Shown here one piece after another: positions 30,562 to 38,218 of a stretch of DNA of 64,000 bases. The stretch's first letter is position 1; every line of letters begins with the position of its first letter. Below the pieces are notes generated by a model. The model was not told where the DNA came from and ran no database searches. It saw only the letters and a program-made list of their open reading frames with translations. Origin of the DNA: Gemmatimonadales bacterium (lineage in GTDB: Bacteria > Gemmatimonadota > Gemmatimonadetes > Gemmatimonadales > GWC2-71-9); contig JAICLE010000005.1 of assembly GCA_025927545.1 (NCBI GenBank), positions 720 through 64,719 of the forward strand, read 5' to 3'. A program made the position numbers and the translations under genes.

Positions 30562-31500
30562 ATGGCGGGGGCACGGGCGGAGCGCGCGATCAAGAGCGGA
30601 CTGACCACCACGCGCGCGCCGTTCATCGAACAGGCGCAGGCCGAGGGCCGGCTGTACATCCACCAGCCCTACGAACTCTACACCGACGACAATCACGAAG
30701 CCTGGCGGCGACTGTTCACCCGCATGGAAGATCGCTGGCGCCGCTACGCCAACCCGCGGTTTCTCCAGGGCATCGACAATCTCTGCCTCGACCCGGCGCG
30801 CGTGCCCCGGCTCGAGGACGTCAACCGATTTCTGAGCCCCCTCACCGGCTTCCAGGCCAAGCCGGTGAGCGGGTACGTTCCTTCCTTCCTGTTCTTCGAC
30901 TGTCTGCGCAACCGCGAGTTCCCGACCACGATCACGATCCGGGACGGCGCCACGCTCGACTATCTGCCCGAGCCGGACATCTTCCACGATATCGCCGGGC
31001 ACGTGCCGATGCATACCGACCGTGCGTTCGCCGACACGCTGGTCCGGTTCGGCGACTGTGCCCACACCGCGGCGGAAATCGTGGCGGGAATCCGGGACGA
31101 GCACGAGCAGATCCGGCGGGTCACCAGCATCTTCAAGGCGCTCGCGCGGTTCTTCTGGTTCACGATCGAGTTCGGGCTCATGCGGGGCCCGAACGGGCAC
31201 GGCCTCAAGGTGTACGGGAGCGGGCTGCTGAGCTCTCACGGCGAAATCGCTCATGCGATCGATTCACCCGAGGTGCAGCGGTATCCGATGCAGCTCGAGT
31301 GGGTCATCAACCAGTACTTCGAGATCGACCACTACCAGCCCCTGCTGTTCGTGGTGGACTCGTTCGAGCACCTCTTCGACCTGGTCGGCGAGCTCGAGCG
31401 GTGGATGCGGGAGGGCCGGCTGGACAACGTCTCGCCCGGGGAGCCGGCCGTGAGTGAGCCGGACCTGCGGAGCTTCCTGGATGCGTCGCGGGGGAAGTGA
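30562..31500 (+). CDS. phhA: Biopterin-dependent aromatic amino acid hydroxylase (phenylalanine 4-monooxygenase)
   Basis: DYLPEPDIFHDIAGHVPM (two Fe-binding His), FWFTIEFGL (Fe-binding Glu), YGSGLLSS; GAGGAGG RBS. Confidence 0.9.
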   Translation: MAGARAERAIKSGLTTTRAPFIEQAQAEGRLYIHQPYELYTDDNHEAWRRLFTRMEDRWRRYANPRFLQGIDNLCLDPARVPRLEDVNRFLSPLTGFQAKPVSGYVPSFLFFDCLRNREFPTTITIRDGATLDYLPEPDIFHDIAGHVPMHTDRAFADTLVRFGDCAHTAAEIVAGIRDEHEQIRRVTSIFKALARFFWFTIEFGLMRGPNGHGLKVYGSGLLSSHGEIAHAIDSPEVQRYPMQLEWVINQYFEIDHYQPLLFVVDSFEHLFDLVGELERWMREGRLDNVSPGEPAVSEPDLRSFLDASRGK

Positions 31501-31513
31501 GCGCCGCGTCGGC

Positions 31514-31542
31514 TTGACACCGGCCGGCGGGGCGATGACACT
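31514..31542 (+). promoter_or_regulatory. Sigma70-type promoter upstream of the tRNA-Gly 5' remnant
   Basis: TTGACA (31514-31519), 17-bp spacer, GACACT (31537-31542). Confidence 0.65.
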
Positions 31543-31554
31543 CGCCTCTCGCTC

Positions 31555-31596
31555 GCGGGCGCGATTCAGTGATAGAATGCCGGCTTGCCAAGCTGG
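31555..31596 (+). pseudogene. Decayed 5' half of tRNA-Gly (att-like remnant)
   Basis: 37/42 identity to 32613-32654; includes D-arm and anticodon arm but no T-arm or 3' acceptor strand. Confidence 0.88.
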
Positions 31597-31695
31597 GCAC
31601 CTACTCGGCTAACTCCCGCCCAAGTCAGCGCCTCACAACGACTCCGAATCCCTCCCCGTGGGTTGCTGGTCTCTGCAAACCGTTCCCCGGCCCAT

Positions 31696-32232
31696 TCAGT
31701 AAGTGATCGTGCCCTCAATCGTGAAATGGGCAGTACCGGTACCAGCGACAGGGTCGAGAGCCGCGGTCCCCTTGGTGTAGGCCGTGCCCGCAGCATCAGC
31801 GAAGCGTCCGGTTCCGCCTCGGAAGCGCTCCGTACCTTCGAAGGTCGCCGTGAAGTCGGACAGGTTCGTGACACCCGTCCCGCTAAACGAGGAGTTCACT
31901 CGATCACCGTTGGCGGCGACATACGCCCCAGTGTTGGTGACGACCCCCGGCAGGAGCCCGTTGACCGGAGGCCCTGAGGGCACGACCGACTGTAGGACCG
32001 TGTTGTGGCTGAGTCCGAGATGGGAGAGTTGGCACGTATACTCGATCCTGAGATCGAGGCGGCCGTCTGGGGCAACGTCTAGTATCGTGACCTCGGTGTC
32101 GCAGCGGCCGCCCAATGGGTGCGAAACCTCGGAGTGCCCGCCTCGAGCGAACGACGGAGCAGTCGGAGTGTCCGTAGAAGAGCATGCTGCAAGCGCGACG
32201 AGGGTGGCGGCGCCAAATCCGGTCCTATGCAT
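31696..32232 (-). CDS. Hypothetical lipoprotein (beta-rich, 178 aa)
   Basis: GGAGG RBS before ATG 32232; lipobox LAAC; GGTGRFADAAG motif of dirigent/allene-oxide-cyclase-like barrels. Confidence 0.8.
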   Translation of the reverse strand: MHRTGFGAATLVALAACSSTDTPTAPSFARGGHSEVSHPLGGRCDTEVTILDVAPDGRLDLRIEYTCQLSHLGLSHNTVLQSVVPSGPPVNGLLPGVVTNTGAYVAANGDRVNSSFSGTGVTNLSDFTATFEGTERFRGGTGRFADAAGTAYTKGTAALDPVAGTGTAHFTIEGTITY

Positions 32233-32259
32233 GGTGGGCCTCCGGAGGTATGTGGCGCT

Positions 32260-32288
32260 ACGGTAGGGAACGGTACCAGAGTCGTCAA
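32260..32288 (-). promoter_or_regulatory. Sigma70-type promoter of the islet lipoprotein gene
   Basis: Minus strand TTGACG-N17-TACCGT. Confidence 0.55.
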
Positions 32289-32401
32289 GCGGACTCAGAA
32301 AGATCGGTGTGCAGCCGTCGTGAGTTGGTGTGTCTATCGTGATATGAAACCGGATACCAGGATTTAGTTCCCTCTCCATCCGCGAGGGGCCTTGTGGCAA
32401 G

Positions 32402-32539
32402 CCTGGTGGGCTGCATCGACGGCGTGAGATGGGGTCAGTGCTTCACAGACGTGGCAGCGGAGCCGCGACGGAGGTCCGCGGGCGCAAGATCATCGGGCCT
32501 CGCCCTGAGTGTTCGATATGCAGCGAACCTGTGCCGGAA
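32402..32539 (-). pseudogene. Possible degraded C-terminal fragment of a tyrosine integrase
   Basis: Translates FRHRFAAYRTLRARPDDLAPADLRRGSAATSVKH*PHLTPSMQ; spacing matches the RH-x19-LGH...Y-x-H pattern. Confidence 0.4.
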
Positions 32540-32543
32540 GGGC

Positions 32544-32572
32544 TTGATGTGTCGGCCACCTTTGGTCATATT
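32544..32572 (+). promoter_or_regulatory. Candidate sigma70-type promoter of the intact tRNA-Gly
   Basis: TTGATG-N17-CATATT, ending 40 bp upstream of the tRNA. Confidence 0.5.
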
Positions 32573-32612
32573 GGTCGAGTCACAGATTGCCAAGTCATTC
32601 TAGCGCAATTCC

Positions 32613-32684
<72 letters not shown>

Positions 32685-32697
32685 CTCGGAAGTTGTT

Positions 32698-32731
32698 CGC
32701 CTGACGTGGGCACACCTGCGTCAGGCGTTTT
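32698..32731 (+). terminator. Intrinsic terminator after tRNA-Gly
   Basis: Stem CGCCTGACG/CGTCAGGCG extended by GU pairs, followed by TTTT. Confidence 0.8.
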
Positions 32732-32813
32732 CATGCGCCGGACGGCGCATCGTGGAGCGGCAGCCCTCCGGCGTCAAGCTCATCTTCACATACGTGTTGG
32801 CGTAGGTTGATCG

Positions 32814-33275
32814 ATGCTCCTCCCGGGCGATGAGTCGTACATGCGGCGCTGCCTGGAGCTGGCGCGGCGTGCACTCGCCGCAGGCGAGGTCCCGGTCGGC
32901 GCGGTCGTCGTGCGCGCTGGCGACGTGATCGGCGAGGGTTGCGAGCGGACGCGCGAGCTGCTCGACCCCGCGGCGCACGCCGAGATCGAGGCCCTTCGCG
33001 CCGCGTGCCGCGCCAGCGGCACGCTCGATCTGGCCAGCGCCACCCTCTACACCACCGTCGAGCCGTGTGTGCTCTGTGCGTATGCCGTGCGGCGGACGCG
33101 TATCCGCCGCGTCGTGTTCGGCGTACCCGCCGGCGTACTTGGAGGGGTGAGCGGAGGCTGCCCGCTGCTCACCGACGTCGCGTCGTTCACGGGCGCCGAG
33201 CCACCGCTGGTAACGGCCGGCGTTCTGGCCGAGGATTGCCGGCGACTGCTCGCCGCGCCCCATCCAGACGCCTAG
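32814..33275 (+). CDS. Zinc-dependent nucleoside deaminase (TadA-like)
   Basis: GEVPVGAVVV, HAE, LYTTVEPCVLC, RIRRVVFG. Confidence 0.88.
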   Translation: MLLPGDESYMRRCLELARRALAAGEVPVGAVVVRAGDVIGEGCERTRELLDPAAHAEIEALRAACRASGTLDLASATLYTTVEPCVLCAYAVRRTRIRRVVFGVPAGVLGGVSGGCPLLTDVASFTGAEPPLVTAGVLAEDCRRLLAAPHPDA

Positions 33276-33414
33276 GCGGCCGGCGGCGCCTCCGAGCTGG
33301 GCTCCTGGAGGCCTTCGCCTGTGACCAGCCTCACGGCTCGAGCCGGGCCAATGACCGAGTATGGCTCGGTGCGGCGCTCAAGCGGAGCGCCGCCGGATTT
33401 GTCGAGGAGGACAC

Positions 33415-33963
33415 ATGAAAGGTTTGATACTCGGGATCGGGGCGCTGGCGGCCGTCATGCTCGTCCCGGCCACGGCCAGCGCGCAGATGCCGGTCGTATT
33501 GGTGTGCCAGGACGGGAGCACTCAGCCAGGGCCGTCGCAGGTCGCCTGCAAGAACCACGGGGACGTGGACTGGACTACGACGAACGTCTGGACCAAGATG
33601 CGCGCCGGGCAGTTCGCCTCCACGGACACGGTGGCATGCAAGGACGGCCAAGCCGCCGCGGCCTCGGCCACGGCGTGTGACAGCCACGGAGGGGTGGACA
33701 GCGTCTCGACGCTTGCGGCCATCAAGCGCCGGCAGCAGGCGAACCGCTATGCCAGGCCGGACTCCGGGAAGGTCGGAGCGGACACCACACGCGGCTATCA
33801 GCCGGGTGCCACCGGCGCCGACACCGCGGCCAGGACGGATACGGCTTCGATGAAGAACAGCACGTCGGCATCCGACACGTCTTCGATGCGAGACTCGTCC
33901 TCCATGCGGGACACGTCGTCCGCTGGAGCGCCATCGAGTAGCGATAGCTCGCACTCGAGGTAG
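33415..33963 (+). CDS. Secreted Cys/His-motif protein (two DUF3761-like modules, Ser/Thr-rich tail)
   Basis: GAGGAG RBS, signal peptide ending ASA-Q, CQDG...ACKNHGDV and CKDG...ACDSHGGV, D(T/S)SSMR repeats. Confidence 0.78.
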   Translation: MKGLILGIGALAAVMLVPATASAQMPVVLVCQDGSTQPGPSQVACKNHGDVDWTTTNVWTKMRAGQFASTDTVACKDGQAAAASATACDSHGGVDSVSTLAAIKRRQQANRYARPDSGKVGADTTRGYQPGATGADTAARTDTASMKNSTSASDTSSMRDSSSMRDTSSAGAPSSSDSSHSR

Positions 33964-33986
33964 CCGGCCTGCCTGCGGCATGCCTT

Positions 33987-34026
33987 CGAGGCCCCGATCC
34001 CGACCAGGGATCGGGGCCTCGGCTTT
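33987..34026 (+). terminator. Perfect 15-bp stem-loop, probable terminator
   Basis: CGAGGCCCCGATCCC-GACCA-GGGATCGGGGCCTCG followed by GCTTT. Confidence 0.75.
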
Positions 34027-34104
34027 ACGCCCCCAGGCGCTTGACTCCCCGCGCTCGGGGGCAGATCATTCCGCTACCCCCTCGTTTCACTTCGCGGAAG
34101 TCCC

Positions 34105-36090
34105 GTGGACGAGCCCGTCCGTCGCGCGACCCGCACGCGGCGTTTTCCTCTCGCCCGGCTGCGCGTGCTGATGGTGACCCAGGACCCGGCCGCAACCGCG
34201 GACGTCCTGGCTGCGCTGCGCGCCGAAGTTCCGCCGGAGTTCGCGGTGGTGGCCGCATCCCGGGTGGCCGCGGCCCTGGGCCAGCTCCAGGCAGACCGGT
34301 TCGACGCGGTGCTGCTCGACCTCACGATCCCGGAGCTCGGCGGCCCTCCGACGATCCTGTCGCTGCACGAGCGCTGGCCCGAGCTGCCGATCCTCGCCCT
34401 TGGCGCCGACGGGGAGCCCGCGGCGGCCGCGGAAGCGCTGAGACTCGGCGCACAGGATTTCCTCCCGCGCGCGGCGCTCCGCACCCCTCACCTGGCGCGC
34501 TCGCTGCGGCACGCCGTCTGGCGCGCGGCAGCCGGCCGCGCGCGAGTGCAGCGCGAGAGCGAGCGGCAGCTCCACAGCATTACGGAGGGCATTCCGGGCG
34601 CCGTGTACCACTATCGGCTGTCGCCCGACGGCCGCGAGTCGTTCCGTTTCCTGAGCGCGGGCATTCGGAAGCTGGCGGGCATCGGGTCGGAAGAAGCCGA
34701 AGCCGATGGGAGCCGGTTCTGGTCGCTGGTGCACGCGGACGACATCGCCACCTGCCGTGCCACCCTCCTCCAGTCGGCGAGAACGCTCCGGCCCTGGCTG
34801 CTCGAATTCCGCCTCACGCCAAAGGATGGCGCCCCGAAGTGGATCAGAGGCAGCGCACTCCCGACGCCCGAAGCCGACGGCGGCACGTTGTGGAACGGCA
34901 TCTTCGTGGACGTGGGCGAGCAGCGGTTCCTCGAGGAGCAACTCCGGCAGGCACAGAAGATGGAAGCGGTCGGCCAGCTCGCGGGAGGCGTCGCGCACGA
35001 CTTCAACAATCTCCTCACCGCCATCGGCAGCTCGGCCGATATGGCGCTGGAGGAGCTTGCGGACCAGGAGGCGGTGCGGGAACACCTGGGGGAGATCCAG
35101 CGCGCCACCGTACGCGCGGCAGACCTGACACGTCAGCTCCTGGCGTTCAGTCGCCGGCAGGTGTTGAACCTGGAAGTGGTCGCGCTGGCCGACGTCGTGC
35201 ACGAGGGCGAGCGCATGCTGCGGCGGCTCATCGGCGAACCCATCCGGCTCGAGACTGCGATCGATCCGGACGCGCCGCCGGTCCGCGCCGACCGCACTCA
35301 GCTCGCCCAGGTCCTCATGAACCTGGCAGTGAACGCGCGTGACGCCATGCCCGACGGGGGCACGCTCACGCTGGCAACCGGGCACCGCGTCGTCCGCCCC
35401 TCGGACGCGCGGCGCCAGCGCGGCCTCTCGCCCGGGGCGTACAGTCTCCTGGTGGTGCGGGACACCGGCACCGGCATGGACGAGGCGACCCGCTCGCGCA
35501 TCTTCGAGCCGTTCTTCACCACGAAGGAGCGGGGGAAGGGCACCGGCCTCGGGCTCTCGATGGTGTACGGCATCGTGAAGCAGACGGGCGGATACATCCA
35601 CGTGGACACCGCGCCGGGACGCGGCACGGCGTTCACGATCCACCTGCCGGTCGCCCCGGCGGGCCTGAGCGGGGCTGAGCGGCCACCAGCACGGCGCCGG
35701 GTGCGGAGCCGGGGCACGGAGCGGGTGCTGGTCGTGGAAGACGAAGACGGCGTGCGCGCCCCGGTCCGCCGGATACTGCTGGCGCACGGCTACCGCGTCC
35801 TGGAGGCGCCCGATGGGCCGTCCGCACTGCGGGTGGCGGAGGAGCAGCCGGGGAAGATCGACCTGCTGCTGACCGACGTGGTAATGCCCGGGATGAACGG
35901 CGGCGAACTCGCCCGCCGGCTGCGCCGGCTCAGGCCCGGCATCAGAGTCGTGTTCATGTCGGGCTACAGCGCCGAGGCGGTCGCGATGCATGGCGAGCTC
36001 TCGCCAGGCGCCGCCTTCCTGCAGAAGCCCTTCAGCGTCGAGGAGCTGACCGAGCGGCTCCGGGATGCGCTGGAGCACGAGCAGCCATAG
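34105..36090 (+). CDS. Hybrid sensor histidine kinase (REC-PAS-HisKA-HATPase-REC, CckA-like)
   Basis: AQKMEAVGQLAGGVAHDFNNLL, NLAVNARDAMP, DTGTGM, FEPFFTTK, GTGLGL, C-terminal LLTDVVMP...KPF. Confidence 0.92.
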   Translation: MDEPVRRATRTRRFPLARLRVLMVTQDPAATADVLAALRAEVPPEFAVVAASRVAAALGQLQADRFDAVLLDLTIPELGGPPTILSLHERWPELPILALGADGEPAAAAEALRLGAQDFLPRAALRTPHLARSLRHAVWRAAAGRARVQRESERQLHSITEGIPGAVYHYRLSPDGRESFRFLSAGIRKLAGIGSEEAEADGSRFWSLVHADDIATCRATLLQSARTLRPWLLEFRLTPKDGAPKWIRGSALPTPEADGGTLWNGIFVDVGEQRFLEEQLRQAQKMEAVGQLAGGVAHDFNNLLTAIGSSADMALEELADQEAVREHLGEIQRATVRAADLTRQLLAFSRRQVLNLEVVALADVVHEGERMLRRLIGEPIRLETAIDPDAPPVRADRTQLAQVLMNLAVNARDAMPDGGTLTLATGHRVVRPSDARRQRGLSPGAYSLLVVRDTGTGMDEATRSRIFEPFFTTKERGKGTGLGLSMVYGIVKQTGGYIHVDTAPGRGTAFTIHLPVAPAGLSGAERPPARRRVRSRGTERVLVVEDEDGVRAPVRRILLAHGYRVLEAPDGPSALRVAEEQPGKIDLLLTDVVMPGMNGGELARRLRRLRPGIRVVFMSGYSAEAVAMHGELSPGAAFLQKPFSVEELTERLRDALEHEQP

Positions 36091-36199
36091 CCCGACACGC
36101 CCGCCTCACCGACCGTCGTGATGGCGCCACAGTCGCCGGACGGTCTTGCCGAACCGCGTTGCCGACAGCACGTTAAGCCCTGACGCGCAGCCTCCCGGC

Positions 36200-36214
36200 T
36201 GGCGCGAATCGTGC
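36200..36214 (+). promoter_or_regulatory. Candidate sigma54 (-24/-12) promoter
   Basis: TGGCGCG-AATC-GTGC with the GG-N10-GC spacing, in the intergenic region before the oxidase gene. Confidence 0.5.
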
Positions 36215-36248
36215 GCTTCCAACCGGAATGCCCCGTCCCCTGCATCCG

Positions 36249-38132
36249 ATGACTCCTGTTTCGCGTGGTAGCAAGCGTCTCATGTTGGCCGCGTCACTCG
36301 CGGTTGCGTCGGTCACGTGCGGCGGCGAGGAGCTCACCCAGCCCGGTACCGAGCCCACCGCGGGCAACGTCTCGCTCTCGGCCGGCCCGGCGGCCTCGAT
36401 CAAAATCGTGGTCCAACCGCCGGCGAGCGCCCTGGATCGCGAAGTCTGGGATCCGGCCCGGCAACCTGTCGTACTAGTCAAGGACGCAAGCGGGAGCGGA
36501 GTCGGGGGAGCCGTCGTCACGGTGAGCATCGCCACCGGATCGGGGACGGTGCAGGGGACCGTGACGGCAACGACGCTCGCCACCGGCAAGGCCAAGTTCG
36601 CCGACCTGGGCATCGCCGGCACGGGCCCGCACACGCTTCGCTACTCGACCGGTGCCGTCACGGCCACGTCCTCCCCGGTCACGCTCGGCGCGCTGCCGCC
36701 GGAGGCGACGACGGGCCAGTGGGACGCGCCCGTCAACTGGGACATCGTCCCGCTGCACATGAGCCTCCTGCCCACCGGGAAGATCATCGCCTGGGGCAAG
36801 TACGAGGCGGGCACGGCGATGATGGCCAACCCACGCCTGTGGGACCCGGCGGCCGGCCCGCCCACGACGGCCGTCGAGGTGCCCGCCGATACCATGCTGT
36901 TCTGCTCGGGGCACGCGCTCATGGCCGACGGCCGCCTGATGGTTTCGGGCGGCCACAAGGACGACGATCGCGGGCTCGACGTCACCAACATCTTCGACCC
37001 GTTTACGGAGCGGTGGGTGACGGGCCTCCCCAAGATGGCCCAGGGTCGCTGGTACCCCACCGTGACCACGCTCGCGGATGGGCGGATGGTTACCGTGGCG
37101 GGACGCGATACCACCTCGACCGAGGTGCTCATCCCGGAGATCTGGGAAAACGGCCGGTGGGTGCGCCTTACCGGCGCGAGCCTCAAGCTGCCGTACTATC
37201 CCCGGCAATTCCTGGCGCCGAACGGGAAGGTGTTCTACGCCGGTGAGCGGGTGAAGGCCCGGTGGCTCGACGTGGACGTCGTGACGTCCAGCGGCCGGGG
37301 CAAGTGGACTTCGGGCTCGGGGCTCACGCACATCTGGCCCTATAACCGCGACTACGGCTCGGCCGTGATGTACGAAACCGGCAAGGTCCTGGTCGTCGGC
37401 GGCGGCGGCGACCTCAAGTGGAGCACGAACGATCCCAAGTCCAGCACGCCCACAGCCTCGGCCGAGACGATCGACCTGAACACCTCCAGCCCGCGCTGGA
37501 CCGGCACCGATCCGATGCAGTTCGCCCGGCGGCACATGAACGCGACCATCCTGCCGGACGGCCAGGTGCTGGCGACGGGCGGCACCAGCGCGGGCGGCTT
37601 CAACACCCTGTCAGGAGCCGTGCACGCGGCCGAGGTGTGGAACCCCCGGACCGGTCACTGGACACAGCTCGCCAGCAACCGGATCGACCGGGCATATCAC
37701 TCGGTGTCGCTGCTGCTGCCCGACGGCACGGTGCTGCATGGAGCGAGCGGCGACGCAAACGTCCCGCTCACGCCGGAGCCGTACCCGGCCCAGCGCAACC
37801 ACGAGATCTTCCGGCCACCCTATCTGTTCAAGGGCGCCCGGCCCGTCATCACCAGCCTGTCCCAGACGACCGTGGGATACGGCCAGAGCTTCTTCGTCAC
37901 CACGCCCAACGCCGCCCAGATCACCGAGGCGCGGTGGATCCGGCTCGGGTCGGTCACGCACGCGTTCGACGCGAACCAGCGCGCCAATACGCTGACGCTG
38001 GCGCGGCTCTCGGGGAAGGTGCGGGTCACGACGCCGACCACCAGCCGGCGGGCACCCCCCGGCCACTATATCCTGTTCCTGCTGAATCGGAACGGCGTGC
38101 CGTCGGCCGGCACGATCATGAAGCTGCAGTAG
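36249..38132 (+). CDS. Galactose/glyoxal oxidase-like copper radical oxidase (AA5; Kelch + DUF1929), exported
   Basis: LFCSGH (Cys), RWYPT (Tyr), [13 protein letters not shown] (Tyr, His), VTHAFD (His), APPGHYILF; N-terminal signal with Cys. Start uncertain (36228/36249). Confidence 0.88.
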   Translation: MTPVSRGSKRLMLAASLAVASVTCGGEELTQPGTEPTAGNVSLSAGPAASIKIVVQPPASALDREVWDPARQPVVLVKDASGSGVGGAVVTVSIATGSGTVQGTVTATTLATGKAKFADLGIAGTGPHTLRYSTGAVTATSSPVTLGALPPEATTGQWDAPVNWDIVPLHMSLLPTGKIIAWGKYEAGTAMMANPRLWDPAAGPPTTAVEVPADTMLFCSGHALMADGRLMVSGGHKDDDRGLDVTNIFDPFTERWVTGLPKMAQGRWYPTVTTLADGRMVTVAGRDTTSTEVLIPEIWENGRWVRLTGASLKLPYYPRQFLAPNGKVFYAGERVKARWLDVDVVTSSGRGKWTSGSGLTHIWPYNRDYGSAVMYETGKVLVVGGGGDLKWSTNDPKSSTPTASAETIDLNTSSPRWTGTDPMQFARRHMNATILPDGQVLATGGTSAGGFNTLSGAVHAAEVWNPRTGHWTQLASNRIDRAYHSVSLLLPDGTVLHGASGDANVPLTPEPYPAQRNHEIFRPPYLFKGARPVITSLSQTTVGYGQSFFVTTPNAAQITEARWIRLGSVTHAFDANQRANTLTLARLSGKVRVTTPTTSRRAPPGHYILFLLNRNGVPSAGTIMKLQ

Positions 38133-38218
38133 CCAGCCCAGCAGGAGCGGCGTTGAACCGCTCCCTCCAGCGTCATTTGTGCTTGTCGGATGCCTCGCCG
38201 GACCGACTAGATTCCGGA

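Noticed and set aside
31555-31630. A second functional tRNA-Gly(GCC)
   Set aside because: No T-arm (GTTCG) or 3' acceptor strand follows, and invariant positions are mutated.
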